From Armatimonadota bacterium (GTDB taxonomy: Bacteria; Armatimonadota; Zipacnadia; Zipacnadales; UBA5352): DNA of 30,600 nt. Each line of letters opens with the position of its first letter. The stretch's first letter is position 1. Location of the stretch: assembly GCA_034722055.1 (NCBI GenBank), contig JAYENL010000095.1:1-30600 (forward strand), written 5' to 3'. The position numbers and the translations under genes were made by a program. A model generated the notes under the pieces. That model was given only the letters and a program-made list of their open reading frames with translations. It was not told the origin of the DNA and did not search any database. This document shows, one piece after another, positions 8,597-21,503 of the stretch.

Positions 8597-9249
8597 CGCT
8601 CGTCGTCATCATCTTCGGAATGGCGCTCTCCATGGCCGCCCGACGCGCCCGGCCGGGCGAGGCCCGCTACGAGGTGGACTTCTCCACGGTGCCGTTGCAG
8701 GTGGCGGGCATGCAGGGAAAGGAGCTGCCTGAGGCGCCCGAGGTGGCCAGAGTCCTTGAGGCGGACGCCATGCGCAGTATCGCCTACGGACAGGGGCTCG
8801 AGCGGGTCACCGTCAGCCTCATCTACGGCCGGAGCTGGCGCACAGTGCACACGCCCGCTCAGTGCTACCCGACCACCGGCTGGCGTATCATCTGGCAGAA
8901 CGAGGTCGTCATTCCGGCACAGGAGCGCATGTTGCCGCACGCCCCCCCTCTGGTGGGCAAGCTCATGCGGGTAGAGCGCGACGACGCTATCCAGCTGGTG
9001 CTCTTCGTCTTCGCCCACAAGGGCGGCACCTCGATCGACTACGCGGAGCACTGCTGGGCGGTGGCCACCGGACCTCCGGGGGCGGGCGGCCTGTCGATTC
9101 TGCTCAGCACGCCGCTCATCGGCGATGAGGTGGAGGCGGCGAAGGCCCGGCTGCTGTCAGTGGCCGCGGGCGTCTACCCACACGCGGTGCGCTTCTGGTA
9201 CGAGGGCTGGGAGCCTCCGCCAGCCGGGGACGCCGAAGGGCGGCCCTGA
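8566..9249 (+). CDS. Exosortase-associated EpsI-family protein
   Basis: N-terminal TM anchor, VPLQVAGMQG and the HTPAQCYPTTGW motif (H-x-P-x-x-C-Y-x-x-x-G-W). Overlaps the exosortase 3' end; the real start is ATG 8566 within ORF 7834..9249. Confidence 0.8.
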   Translation: MRSHAKRHLVALVVIIFGMALSMAARRARPGEARYEVDFSTVPLQVAGMQGKELPEAPEVARVLEADAMRSIAYGQGLERVTVSLIYGRSWRTVHTPAQCYPTTGWRIIWQNEVVIPAQERMLPHAPPLVGKLMRVERDDAIQLVLFVFAHKGGTSIDYAEHCWAVATGPPGAGGLSILLSTPLIGDEVEAAKARLLSVAAGVYPHAVRFWYEGWEPPPAGDAEGRP

Positions 9250-9342
9250 GCCGTTGTGAGCCCCTCGGGCGGCTGCATCGCGGCGCTGTGACCGCGAAGC
9301 GGGCTTCGGGGGGAGTGCGTGGATGCCTCGCGCCGTGCGCCT

Positions 9343-9371
9343 TTGTCTTTGGGGCCGCCATGTGCTATACT
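9343..9371 (+). promoter_or_regulatory. Sigma70-type promoter of the foldase-mazG operon
   Basis: TTGTCT-N17-TATACT with an extended -10 TG. Confidence 0.65.
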
Positions 9372-9428
9372 TGCCGGGAACTCATCATCGACCTGCATTC
9401 CCCATCGTGTGGAAAGGGGCACGGGCTG

Positions 9429-10421
9429 TTGCGACTTCGCTATCCAGTCGTCGTGCTCATCATTGCCGCCGTGGTGGCGACCGGGGGCTGTGGCAGTAAC
9501 CCGGTGGCGGTGGTCGGCGGCGTTAAGATAACCGAGGCCGAGTTCAGGGAGCGAATGGTTAAGACCTACGGGCGGACGGTCCTCCAGGAGATGATCAACG
9601 AGGAGCTGCTGCGACAGGCAGCCCAGGATGCCCAGATAACGGTCACCGAGGAGGAGCTGAACGAGGAGATCGCCACCTTCAAGCAGGAGCGCTTCCCCAA
9701 TGAGGAGGCCTTCAACCAGTGGATGGCGGGGGTTGATCTCAGCCAGCAGGAGTTGCGCGACCTCGTCCGCATGGCCGTCATCACCCGCAAGCTGGCCCTC
9801 CGGGACGTGGAGGTCACCGACGAGAAGCTCAAGCAGTTCTTCGAGCAGAACAAGAGCCGCTACGATCGCCCCGCCACGGTGGCGATGAGCGAGATCGTGG
9901 TGGACTCCAGGGACACCGCTGAGCAGGTCCTGCAGCAGCTTAGGGCGGGTGAGGCGAGCTTCGAGGACCTGGCGCGACGTTACTCGCTGGACACGCACAG
10001 CCGGAATCGAGGCGGGGAGCGGCCGGAGGTGGCCATCGAGCGGATTCCGATCGAGCCGATCCGCGAGGCGGCCCGGACGTTGCCCGTGGGTGAGGTGTCC
10101 GACCCTATCGACACGGACGGGCAGTACTACATCATCAAGGTGCGCGACCGGCAGCCGGCCCGGGAGGCCTCCTGGCCGGAGGACCGCGAGCGGGTGCTTG
10201 ACGACTACCGGGGGTTCCAGGCCAAGCCGCGTGAGGAGATCATTCGGGAGCAGATCAAGCAGACCAAGGTCCAGGTCCTCGACCCACGCTTCACTGAGCT
10301 GAACGAGGACTACACGCCGGTGCCCACCGAGGTGCCGCAGTTCGGCGCCGAGGAGCAACAGGCCCCCACAGCGGCGCCGCCGGAGCAGCCCGCGGCGCCC
10401 GCCAACAGCACCACCGAGTGA
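9429..10421 (+). CDS. prsA: PrsA/SurA-like parvulin peptidyl-prolyl isomerase lipoprotein (foldase)
   Basis: Lipobox ATGG-C, VAVVGG.KIT..EF, SFEDLARRYSLD..S...GG, GEVSDPI....YYIIKV. Start TTG 9429 chosen after GGAAAGGGG. Confidence 0.8.
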   Translation: MRLRYPVVVLIIAAVVATGGCGSNPVAVVGGVKITEAEFRERMVKTYGRTVLQEMINEELLRQAAQDAQITVTEEELNEEIATFKQERFPNEEAFNQWMAGVDLSQQELRDLVRMAVITRKLALRDVEVTDEKLKQFFEQNKSRYDRPATVAMSEIVVDSRDTAEQVLQQLRAGEASFEDLARRYSLDTHSRNRGGERPEVAIERIPIEPIREAARTLPVGEVSDPIDTDGQYYIIKVRDRQPAREASWPEDRERVLDDYRGFQAKPREEIIREQIKQTKVQVLDPRFTELNEDYTPVPTEVPQFGAEEQQAPTAAPPEQPAAPANSTTE

Positions 10422-10462
10422 TGTCACCAGCGCTGGCCGGACCGGGGCCGGGATAGCTACAG

Positions 10463-11263
10463 ATGCGGGCCTTCCACGAACTGGTGCGCGTCATGGCGCG
10501 CCTGCGCTCACCCGACGGATGTCCATGGGATAGGGAGCAGACGCACAGCTCCCTCCGCCCCTACCTGCTGGAGGAGGCCTACGAGGCCCTGGAGGCGGTG
10601 GACGCTGAGGACTGGGCCCGGCTGTGCGACGAGCTCGGCGACGTCCTCCTGCAGGTGGTCTTCCACGCCCAGCTCGCCTCCGAGCGCGAGGACTTCGACA
10701 TCCAGGACGTCTGCGCGGGGATCGTCACGAAGCTCAAGCGCCGTCACCCCCACGTCTTCGCGGACGCCGTAGCGGAGAGCCCCGAGGAGGTCCTGGCTCG
10801 CTGGGAGAAGCTGAAGCGACAGGAGAAGGGCTACGAGGGCCGGCGATCAGCCCTGGACGGCGTGCCGGCAGCCATGCCCGCGCTGCAGCGGGCCCACAAG
10901 CTGCAGAAGCGGGCGGCGCGCGTCGGCTTCGACTGGGACGGGATGGAGGGCCCGCGGGCCAAGATCGACGAGGAGCTGGCGGAGGTGGACGAGGCCGGGG
11001 CGGCCGAGGTTGAGGACGAGATCGGCGACCTGCTGTTCGCGGTCGTCAACCTCGCCAGGTTCCTGGGTGTGGAGCCCGAGGGGGCGCTGCGGCGGGCCAA
11101 CGCCCGGTTCGCACGCCGCTTCCGGGCCATCGAGCGGGCGGCGGGCAGCGCCGAGCAGTTGCGTGAGATGGACCTGCAGCAGATGGACGAGCTGTGGGAA
11201 CAGGTGAAGACGGAGGAGGCACAGACCTCGGAAGGACCCGCGGGGCGTTCGTCGAAGTTGTAG
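10463..11263 (+). CDS. mazG: Nucleoside triphosphate pyrophosphohydrolase MazG
   Basis: RLRSPDGCPWDREQT, EEAYE, DELGDVLLQVVFH, RRHPHVF, GFDW, EIGDLLF; tandem MazG domains. Confidence 0.95.
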   Translation: MRAFHELVRVMARLRSPDGCPWDREQTHSSLRPYLLEEAYEALEAVDAEDWARLCDELGDVLLQVVFHAQLASEREDFDIQDVCAGIVTKLKRRHPHVFADAVAESPEEVLARWEKLKRQEKGYEGRRSALDGVPAAMPALQRAHKLQKRAARVGFDWDGMEGPRAKIDEELAEVDEAGAAEVEDEIGDLLFAVVNLARFLGVEPEGALRRANARFARRFRAIERAAGSAEQLREMDLQQMDELWEQVKTEEAQTSEGPAGRSSKL

Positions 11264-11326
11264 GTGCAGCGGCCGGGCTCACCCGTCGGCCGCGGTCTTG
11301 TGAATGCCTGCGGGCCGTCCAGCAAC

Positions 11327-11602
11327 ATGCGAGTGGACAAGTTCCTCAAGAACACCGGCATCGTGAAGCGACGCACCCTCGCCAAGCGCCTTTCGGACGA
11401 GGGCAATGTCGAGGTTGACGGCCGAACGGCCAAGCCCAGCACTGACGTGACACCAGGGGATCACATCCGGGTGCACATCGGGATGCGGATCGCCGAGTAC
11501 GAGGTGCTGCAGGTGGCCGATCACCCGGTGCCCAAGGCCGAGCGTGACGAGTACGCCCGCCTGCTGCACTCCGAGCGCGTGCGGCCTCTCAGCGACATCT
11601 GA
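11327..11602 (+). CDS. S4-domain RNA-binding protein (YabO/RqcP/Hsp15-like)
   Basis: MRVDKFLK..GIVKRRTLAK....G.V.VDG..AKPS..V.PGD.I. Start at ATG 11327. Confidence 0.9.
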   Translation: MRVDKFLKNTGIVKRRTLAKRLSDEGNVEVDGRTAKPSTDVTPGDHIRVHIGMRIAEYEVLQVADHPVPKAERDEYARLLHSERVRPLSDI

Positions 11603-11709
11603 GGCCCACCGGCAGGCGCACCCCTGGGGGTTGACATAAGGCGACGCATCTCTTGCAGCGATCACAAAACGCACCTGGCGTGTGTGGAAAATGACAGGGA
11701 GGACGGCAG

Positions 11710-15815
<4,106 letters not shown>

Positions 15816-15868
15816 GTCGGCTGCATTGCAGCAGGCAGAGGGGAGCACTTACAGCACCGCCACTGCCA

Positions 15869-16480
15869 TTGCGCCGCGCCCGAGCGGTGCGGCGGAGGAG
15901 CTGGTCGGCCGTGGCATCATCGCACCAGGAGATGCGCGAGCAGATGCAGCAGCGCGCCCGCCGCCGCAGGTGGATCCTCCTCATTGTGCTCGGCTTCACC
16001 ACCATCGCATGGGGCCCGCGCACGGTGGAGCTGATCGTCAACAGTTGGAGCACGGCGTCGCACGTCCTGGAGCACGAGCGCGAGCTGAAGGCCACACACG
16101 CGCGCCAGAAGGCGCTGCAGCGTGAGGTGGCCTACGCGCGGACGGTCGAGGGGCGTGACGTGCAGGCCAAGCGGCAGTTCGGCGTCGGCCCCCGCGACGA
16201 GATCTGGATTACCCTGGAGGCCGAGGAGCCGGAGCCGCAGCCGACCGGGCCGCTGAGCATCGGCCAGCAGGTGCATGGCTGGCTGATGGACGCCGGCAGC
16301 CGATTCCTGGACCACTGTCGGAACACCGCGTCACTGCTCCGGTACTGGGTGGGGCTCGACCCCGCGCCTGACATCCCGTCATCCACGGGGGACAACGGTG
16401 ACACCACCGAGGAGTCGTCCGCGGAGGACATGGCAGCCGACGAGGCCGGCTCCGATGAGGAGGACGTCGGCCAGGACTGA
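15869..16480 (+). CDS. Septum formation initiator (DivIC/FtsB-like) protein with C-terminal extension
   Basis: Basic N-terminus, one TM helix, a coiled coil, then EGRDVQAKRQFGVGPRDEIWI, resembling the E..AR..LG...PGE signature. Located right after eno. Start codon uncertain (TTG 15869 or ATG 15932). Confidence 0.65.
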   Translation: MRRARAVRRRSWSAVASSHQEMREQMQQRARRRRWILLIVLGFTTIAWGPRTVELIVNSWSTASHVLEHERELKATHARQKALQREVAYARTVEGRDVQAKRQFGVGPRDEIWITLEAEEPEPQPTGPLSIGQQVHGWLMDAGSRFLDHCRNTASLLRYWVGLDPAPDIPSSTGDNGDTTEESSAEDMAADEAGSDEEDVGQD

Positions 16481-17681
16481 CAGGAGAAGACGATCATCAC
16501 CAGGCCGCGGACGCTCCCGCGCAGGGAGCCCGCGGCCGTTTCTGTGCGTTGTGCTGGCTGCCGTGCTCACCGGCCTCGGGGGCTGTCGGCCACCGGATCC
16601 GGAGGCGCATGATCGGTGGCCGCTGTCAACCGGACTGGATCCGGCGGTCGGAGAGGATGCCGCCGCCTGGCTTTCGCCACAGCACAAGCAGCGCGTGCTC
16701 ATGCACGGGTGCACGCGTCCCGAGACGGTCGGTGGGGCGGTGCGGGCAATCACGGCGCCGCTTTACCCGGACCCGGCGCCGGGCTTCTTCGTGTATCACG
16801 ACGGTGGCATCACCTACCTCCCCGGTGCCGACGTGGAGCCGCGGCCACTGTCCGAAGCCGGCGATCTGCCGACAGTGCGCTCCGTGGCCGCCTGCTCCGG
16901 ACCCCGGGGACGAAAGCTGGCAGCGCTCGTCGTGGGAGGTCGGGCGGCGGACAGTCCGAACACACCCAGCGCCGAGCCGCCTCCATGGGTGACAGGTGCT
17001 GAGCTGCGCCTCGCATGGACGCAGGACCGTGTCCTGAGCCTCAGCGCGCCGGCGCTGGAGGGAGAAGCCAGCCCGTGGCGGGTGAAGGCGGGCCGATTCG
17101 CGGGGGAGGACGCGAACGTGCTGGTCTTCGTTTACACTCAAGCGCGCTTCGATGACGTGGTCCGCCGTCGGCCCTGGATCTACCGCGTGGTTGCAGATAA
17201 TGACGGGCCTCCCCACCTTGATCCCCGATGGCGCGGCTCCTCATTCTCGCACCCCTTCCGCGACGCCACCTTCTGCGATCTCACCGGAACGGGCGAGGGT
17301 GAGATCGCGGCGCTGGAGGTCGATCGCGACGGCGGGCGGCTGCTCACGGCCTATCACTTCGAGGGCTTCGGGGTCGAGGGCCTGGCGCCGAGCGTGAAGC
17401 TGCCCGAGGTGGAGGATCGGCTGGAGGCGGCCGACTGGGTCGGGGAACGTCAGCAGGAGCTGGTCGTCCGGTGCGCCGATGGTCGCTTCGTGTTCTACCA
17501 GCTCGACGCTGAGGCGGATGAGCTGCGCGAGGTGCTCAGCGTCGATGGCCCGCCGGATGTTCTGGGCTGGCTCGTGACGGACAAGCACAGTGGCGAGCCG
17601 GGCGACATCCTGTGCGTGCTGCCTGACGGCGAGACGTGGGCCACGGACTCGTGGCAATTCGATCCGCGTTTGATGCATTAA
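16398..17681 (+). CDS. Hypothetical lipoprotein, possibly a beta-propeller/FG-GAP-like fold
   Basis: Hydrophobic stretch ending in lipobox LGG-C; DLTGTGEGEIA resembles a D-x-x-G-D-G-x-x-E loop. The true start is probably downstream of 16398 and is uncertain. Confidence 0.6.
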   Translation: MTPPRSRPRRTWQPTRPAPMRRTSARTDRRRRSSPGRGRSRAGSPRPFLCVVLAAVLTGLGGCRPPDPEAHDRWPLSTGLDPAVGEDAAAWLSPQHKQRVLMHGCTRPETVGGAVRAITAPLYPDPAPGFFVYHDGGITYLPGADVEPRPLSEAGDLPTVRSVAACSGPRGRKLAALVVGGRAADSPNTPSAEPPPWVTGAELRLAWTQDRVLSLSAPALEGEASPWRVKAGRFAGEDANVLVFVYTQARFDDVVRRRPWIYRVVADNDGPPHLDPRWRGSSFSHPFRDATFCDLTGTGEGEIAALEVDRDGGRLLTAYHFEGFGVEGLAPSVKLPEVEDRLEAADWVGERQQELVVRCADGRFVFYQLDAEADELREVLSVDGPPDVLGWLVTDKHSGEPGDILCVLPDGETWATDSWQFDPRLMH

Positions 17682-17849
17682 TGCCCCTTGCACAGTCCCG
17701 GGCAGGTCGGGCATCCTCGCTCGACCCCTTTTCCATCGGTTGCCTCATCTCGGCATACCGCCAAGACGCCTCCCTGCAGGACTGCAGCCCGCCATGCGCG
17801 AAGGGGCTACGGCGGTGGGAGATGCACTGACCCGAGAGAGGATACCATC

Positions 17850-20800
17850 ATGCTCCGCGTGCTGCTGGTGGGAGTGCTGCTGACCGCGACCGTCGCGGGC
17901 GCCCAGGACTACCAGGCCGTGCCCTACGGCGACCTGGAGTATCTCGGAGGGGCTTCTGACGGCACCGCGGCCTGGCCTGTATGGGCGCGAGCCGGCGGGC
18001 CCTGCAGCGCGCGTGGCTGGACGGTGATCCGCGGGAATCCCGCCGGCGGAGAGGTCTGCGTGCGCGGAACCGTCGCCGGCGAGAAGTTCACCATCGCCGG
18101 CGAGGGATATGGCAGCCCCATCACCGGCTCGGTGGCACTCCGCTCGGACATCGACGGGGCGCAGGCCACCATCCGTCTGAGCTGGTTCAACCGCCTCAGC
18201 CGTGTCGATGAAAAGCGCACCGTCGATCTCTCCCCCGAATGGCAGCGCTTCGAGCTGAGCACCAGCCCGGACAGCGGCGGACCGTTTGAGCTGGCAGTGG
18301 CCCCGGCGGGTGAGGCGGCGGTCTACGCTGACGAGTTCTCCATCCGCTGCGCCGGCCCGCCGCTGAACGAGAGGGTCGAGGATGCCACGCCGGTCGCGCA
18401 TCCAGCGCTGGACCTCGACGCGCTCCAGCAGTACGAGGGCGGGGCCGCCGGGCGGGCGGGCTCGGTGCCGCTGATGCTGCGCGTGCCTGAGGGCGATGGC
18501 GACCTGACCCCGGTCGCCTCTGGCGGCATTCCGTTCCCGAAGGGCGAGCTCTACGACCGGCGGCACGTGCGGGTGACCACGGCGGACGGCGAGCCGGTGG
18601 AGGCGCAGCTTGACGTCCTCTCGCGCTGGCACGGCGATAGCTCCATCCTGGCGCTGCTGGTGACGGTGCCGACAGACGCCCCGCGAGAGCTGCGGCTGGA
18701 GTACAGTCCGGAGATCACCGGCGAGCAGCAGCCGAGGGGGATGGAGCCGCCCTCCGCGCTGCCGGTCGTTGTCGGTCTCGATGGCAGTGAGTACGGTCCC
18801 GAGGACGCCGAGTGGGCGGCGGTTGAGCGCGGGGGACCGCTGATGGCGGTCACAGCGCGCCGACGTGCTGTCGGTCCGTTGCAGGTGGAGGTGCGGACGA
18901 CGGTGTTCCGCGGCTCGTCGAAGGCACTCGTGAGCGCCACCTTCATCAACGAGGGCGAGCGCGTGGCGCTGAAGGGCCTCGGCCTGCGACTGAAGCGGAC
19001 GGGTGCCGCCCCGCTGTTGCTCATGAGCGGCGACGGCTACGTGCCGACGCGCGCGGCCGAGGAGGTCGCGTGGGGGATCGGCCCGGCGCGGGCGCAGCCC
19101 GCGGTCTACGGGCTTGCAGCCGGCGCGGAGCCGACCGGATCGGTCGCGGTGCCCTCGGGCGATGCCGGGATCGGCGTATCCGTGCGCGACTTCGCCGAGA
19201 ACCGGCCGAGCGGCTTCACAGTGACTCAGGAGGCGCTGACCGCATGGGCCTGGCCTCCCGAGGCCGGCGGCTTCGTGATGAGCCAGGGGATGGCCCGGAC
19301 CTTCGACGTGCTGATCGACCTCGAGGCCGACGGCCCCCCGCCTCCGTACCGCACCCAGGACCTGCCGCTGCTTACCGCGCCCGCTCAGTGGTACTGCGAC
19401 AGCGGAGTGTTCAACTTCCTCATGCCGCCGGATGCCGAGACCTTCCCTATCTTCGAGAGCACGCTGGGGAGCCTGGAGACGCTGGGGCGCTTCTCGTGGG
19501 AGCGCAAGGAGAGCGGCGACCTCTATGGCTGGTTCAACTTCGGCGACGCGCCCGGCGACGGCGGCTGGTCCAACCTGGAGACCATGGCCGACCACGAGCT
19601 GCTGCTGCACTTCTTCCGCACCCTCTCGCGCGAGCACTTCGACAACGCGCGGCTGGCGGCAGAGCACTACCGCGACGTGGACATTGACCATCGCTTCGGC
19701 TACTGCCACACGCACTGCAACAACCACACGTCCTCCGGGGAGAGCTGGTCGCACTCCTGGATCCAGGGCATCCGCGACCTGTATCTGCTGACCGGCAACA
19801 CGCGCTCGCTGGCGGTGCTGGGCGAGGTGGGCGAGCGGCTGCTGAGCAAGGACCCCGGCTTCACCACCGGCCGCGACTGGACGCGGGCCATCGACAACCT
19901 GGTGGACATCTCCCAGGTCACCGGCGACCGGCGCTACCTGGACGCGGCCATGGATCACATCCGGCTGCTGGGCGAGCGGCAGGAGCCGGAGACGGGGGTG
20001 TGCGGCGCTGAGAAGGGCTCCTGGTACGAGAATCGCTACGCCGCGGGCAGCGCCTTCACCTGGTACGGCTGCCTGGCGATGGCGAAGCTGCATCAGAACG
20101 TGGGCGGCGATGAGCTGCGGGAGATCTTCCTGCGGGAGCTTGACCTCTCGCTGGACGTGGAGACGAAGGGCAAGGCCGCGTGGGTCTACCCCCAGGACGC
20201 GCAGATCAGCGAGGACAAGGGGGCGCAGGTGATCGGTCAGTACACCCTGGGCCGCGGCTCGGTGCTGTTCCCGGCGCTGGGGTACGCCTACCGCATCACC
20301 GGCGACGAGCAGTACCTGCGGCGGGGCATGGACGTGCTGGCCTACTGCCTGCTGAACCAGCGGGGCGGCTCGGACGCTTCGGCGACCTCCTTCATCACCG
20401 CCTTCCTGCGGGAGGCGAAGGCCGCCGGCTACGGCCCGGAGCAGGAGCGGGAAGCTTTCGAGCGCGCGAGGGACTTCTCGTGGTCGCAGCACCCTCGCGA
20501 GCTGACCAATGGCGGCTTTGAGATGCCGCAGTTCGCCCACTGGAGCGTCAAGAAGGTCCCCGGCCGGGACTTCTACGAGGACCCCATCGTCCACGTCGGC
20601 TACTACTGGGATGATGAGGTGACCATCGAGGGGCAGCACTCACTGCGCATCCACTCCGACAACCGCCTGCGGAGAATCACGGTGACTGGCAGGACCGCGC
20701 TCACCGGGCCGAGGCGGTGGCGACTCACCGGCTGGGTGCGCTCCGAGGGCAGCATGAACCCGCAGATCTACTACTCGCTGCGCAGCTTCGAGGACGACTC

Positions 20801-21479
20801 CGGCGGCAGCGGCATGCTGACCGACACCGGGGAGACGCGCGAGGGCTGGGTGCAGCGCTCGGCGGAGTTCATGACCATGGGCCGGCAGGTGCTGACCATC
20901 AGCCTCATCAACCGCCAGGGCACGGGAGACTGCTGGTTCGACGGCCTGGAGCTGGAGGACCTGGGCGAGACCGGCAAGCTCCTGACCGAGAACGGCGTCG
21001 GCCACGAGGGCCGGGAGCCGAGCGAGGCCATCGTCATCCGAACCGGCGGCAGCTACCTCCCCGACGCGCCCATGACCGGCGACGTGGAGATGGAGGGGCC
21101 CATTCCTTTCACCGAGGGCGCGCTTACCGATGGCGATGACAGCTACGACTACCACCGGACGCCGTGCAGCTACGCATACTGGGAGGATCGCGAGAGGGGC
21201 GAGGTCCTGTTCGACCTCCAGGACACCTACCGCATCGACCGCGTGAGCCTGAAGGTGAACAGCGACCCCTCGCGGCGGGCCCACGGGACGGCCAGGATCG
21301 AGCTGCTGCCGGCCGAGGGAGAGGAGCCGATCGCCGTCATGGAGCCGGTCGATGGCTGGAACAGCTTCGAGGACCTGGGCGTCCGGGCGCAGAAGCTGCG
21401 CCTGCGGCTGCACCTGATGGAGGGCCGGGCATATCTGACCATCGCCGAGGTGCAGATCTGGGGCGACGAGATCGACTGA
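17850..21479 (+). CDS. Large secreted modular protein with a PcRGLX/YetA-like (exo-rhamnogalacturonan lyase-like) core and CBM-like/discoidin-like domains
   Basis: Signal peptide (…AGA-QD); GGIPFPKGEL…V.AQLDVLSRW.GD.S (N-terminal barrel-like); LYGWFNFGD, EHYRDVD, SHSWIQG…YLLTG (alpha-toroid); LTNGGFE (CBM4/9-like); GALTDG…FDL…I.RV…IAEVQIWG (F5/8-like). Start ATG 17850 after GAGGA. Confidence 0.65.
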   Translation: MLRVLLVGVLLTATVAGAQDYQAVPYGDLEYLGGASDGTAAWPVWARAGGPCSARGWTVIRGNPAGGEVCVRGTVAGEKFTIAGEGYGSPITGSVALRSDIDGAQATIRLSWFNRLSRVDEKRTVDLSPEWQRFELSTSPDSGGPFELAVAPAGEAAVYADEFSIRCAGPPLNERVEDATPVAHPALDLDALQQYEGGAAGRAGSVPLMLRVPEGDGDLTPVASGGIPFPKGELYDRRHVRVTTADGEPVEAQLDVLSRWHGDSSILALLVTVPTDAPRELRLEYSPEITGEQQPRGMEPPSALPVVVGLDGSEYGPEDAEWAAVERGGPLMAVTARRRAVGPLQVEVRTTVFRGSSKALVSATFINEGERVALKGLGLRLKRTGAAPLLLMSGDGYVPTRAAEEVAWGIGPARAQPAVYGLAAGAEPTGSVAVPSGDAGIGVSVRDFAENRPSGFTVTQEALTAWAWPPEAGGFVMSQGMARTFDVLIDLEADGPPPPYRTQDLPLLTAPAQWYCDSGVFNFLMPPDAETFPIFESTLGSLETLGRFSWERKESGDLYGWFNFGDAPGDGGWSNLETMADHELLLHFFRTLSREHFDNARLAAEHYRDVDIDHRFGYCHTHCNNHTSSGESWSHSWIQGIRDLYLLTGNTRSLAVLGEVGERLLSKDPGFTTGRDWTRAIDNLVDISQVTGDRRYLDAAMDHIRLLGERQEPETGVCGAEKGSWYENRYAAGSAFTWYGCLAMAKLHQNVGGDELREIFLRELDLSLDVETKGKAAWVYPQDAQISEDKGAQVIGQYTLGRGSVLFPALGYAYRITGDEQYLRRGMDVLAYCLLNQRGGSDASATSFITAFLREAKAAGYGPEQEREAFERARDFSWSQHPRELTNGGFEMPQFAHWSVKKVPGRDFYEDPIVHVGYYWDDEVTIEGQHSLRIHSDNRLRRITVTGRTALTGPRRWRLTGWVRSEGSMNPQIYYSLRSFEDDSGGSGMLTDTGETREGWVQRSAEFMTMGRQVLTISLINRQGTGDCWFDGLELEDLGETGKLLTENGVGHEGREPSEAIVIRTGGSYLPDAPMTGDVEMEGPIPFTEGALTDGDDSYDYHRTPCSYAYWEDRERGEVLFDLQDTYRIDRVSLKVNSDPSRRAHGTARIELLPAEGEEPIAVMEPVDGWNSFEDLGVRAQKLRLRLHLMEGRAYLTIAEVQIWGDEID

Positions 21480-21503
21480 CGAAGCGCAAGGAGATATGAG
21501 CTG

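Noticed and set aside
11631..11660. TTGACA as the ppdK -35 box
   Set aside because: Perfect -35 but no convincing -10 at 16-18 nt, so not called.
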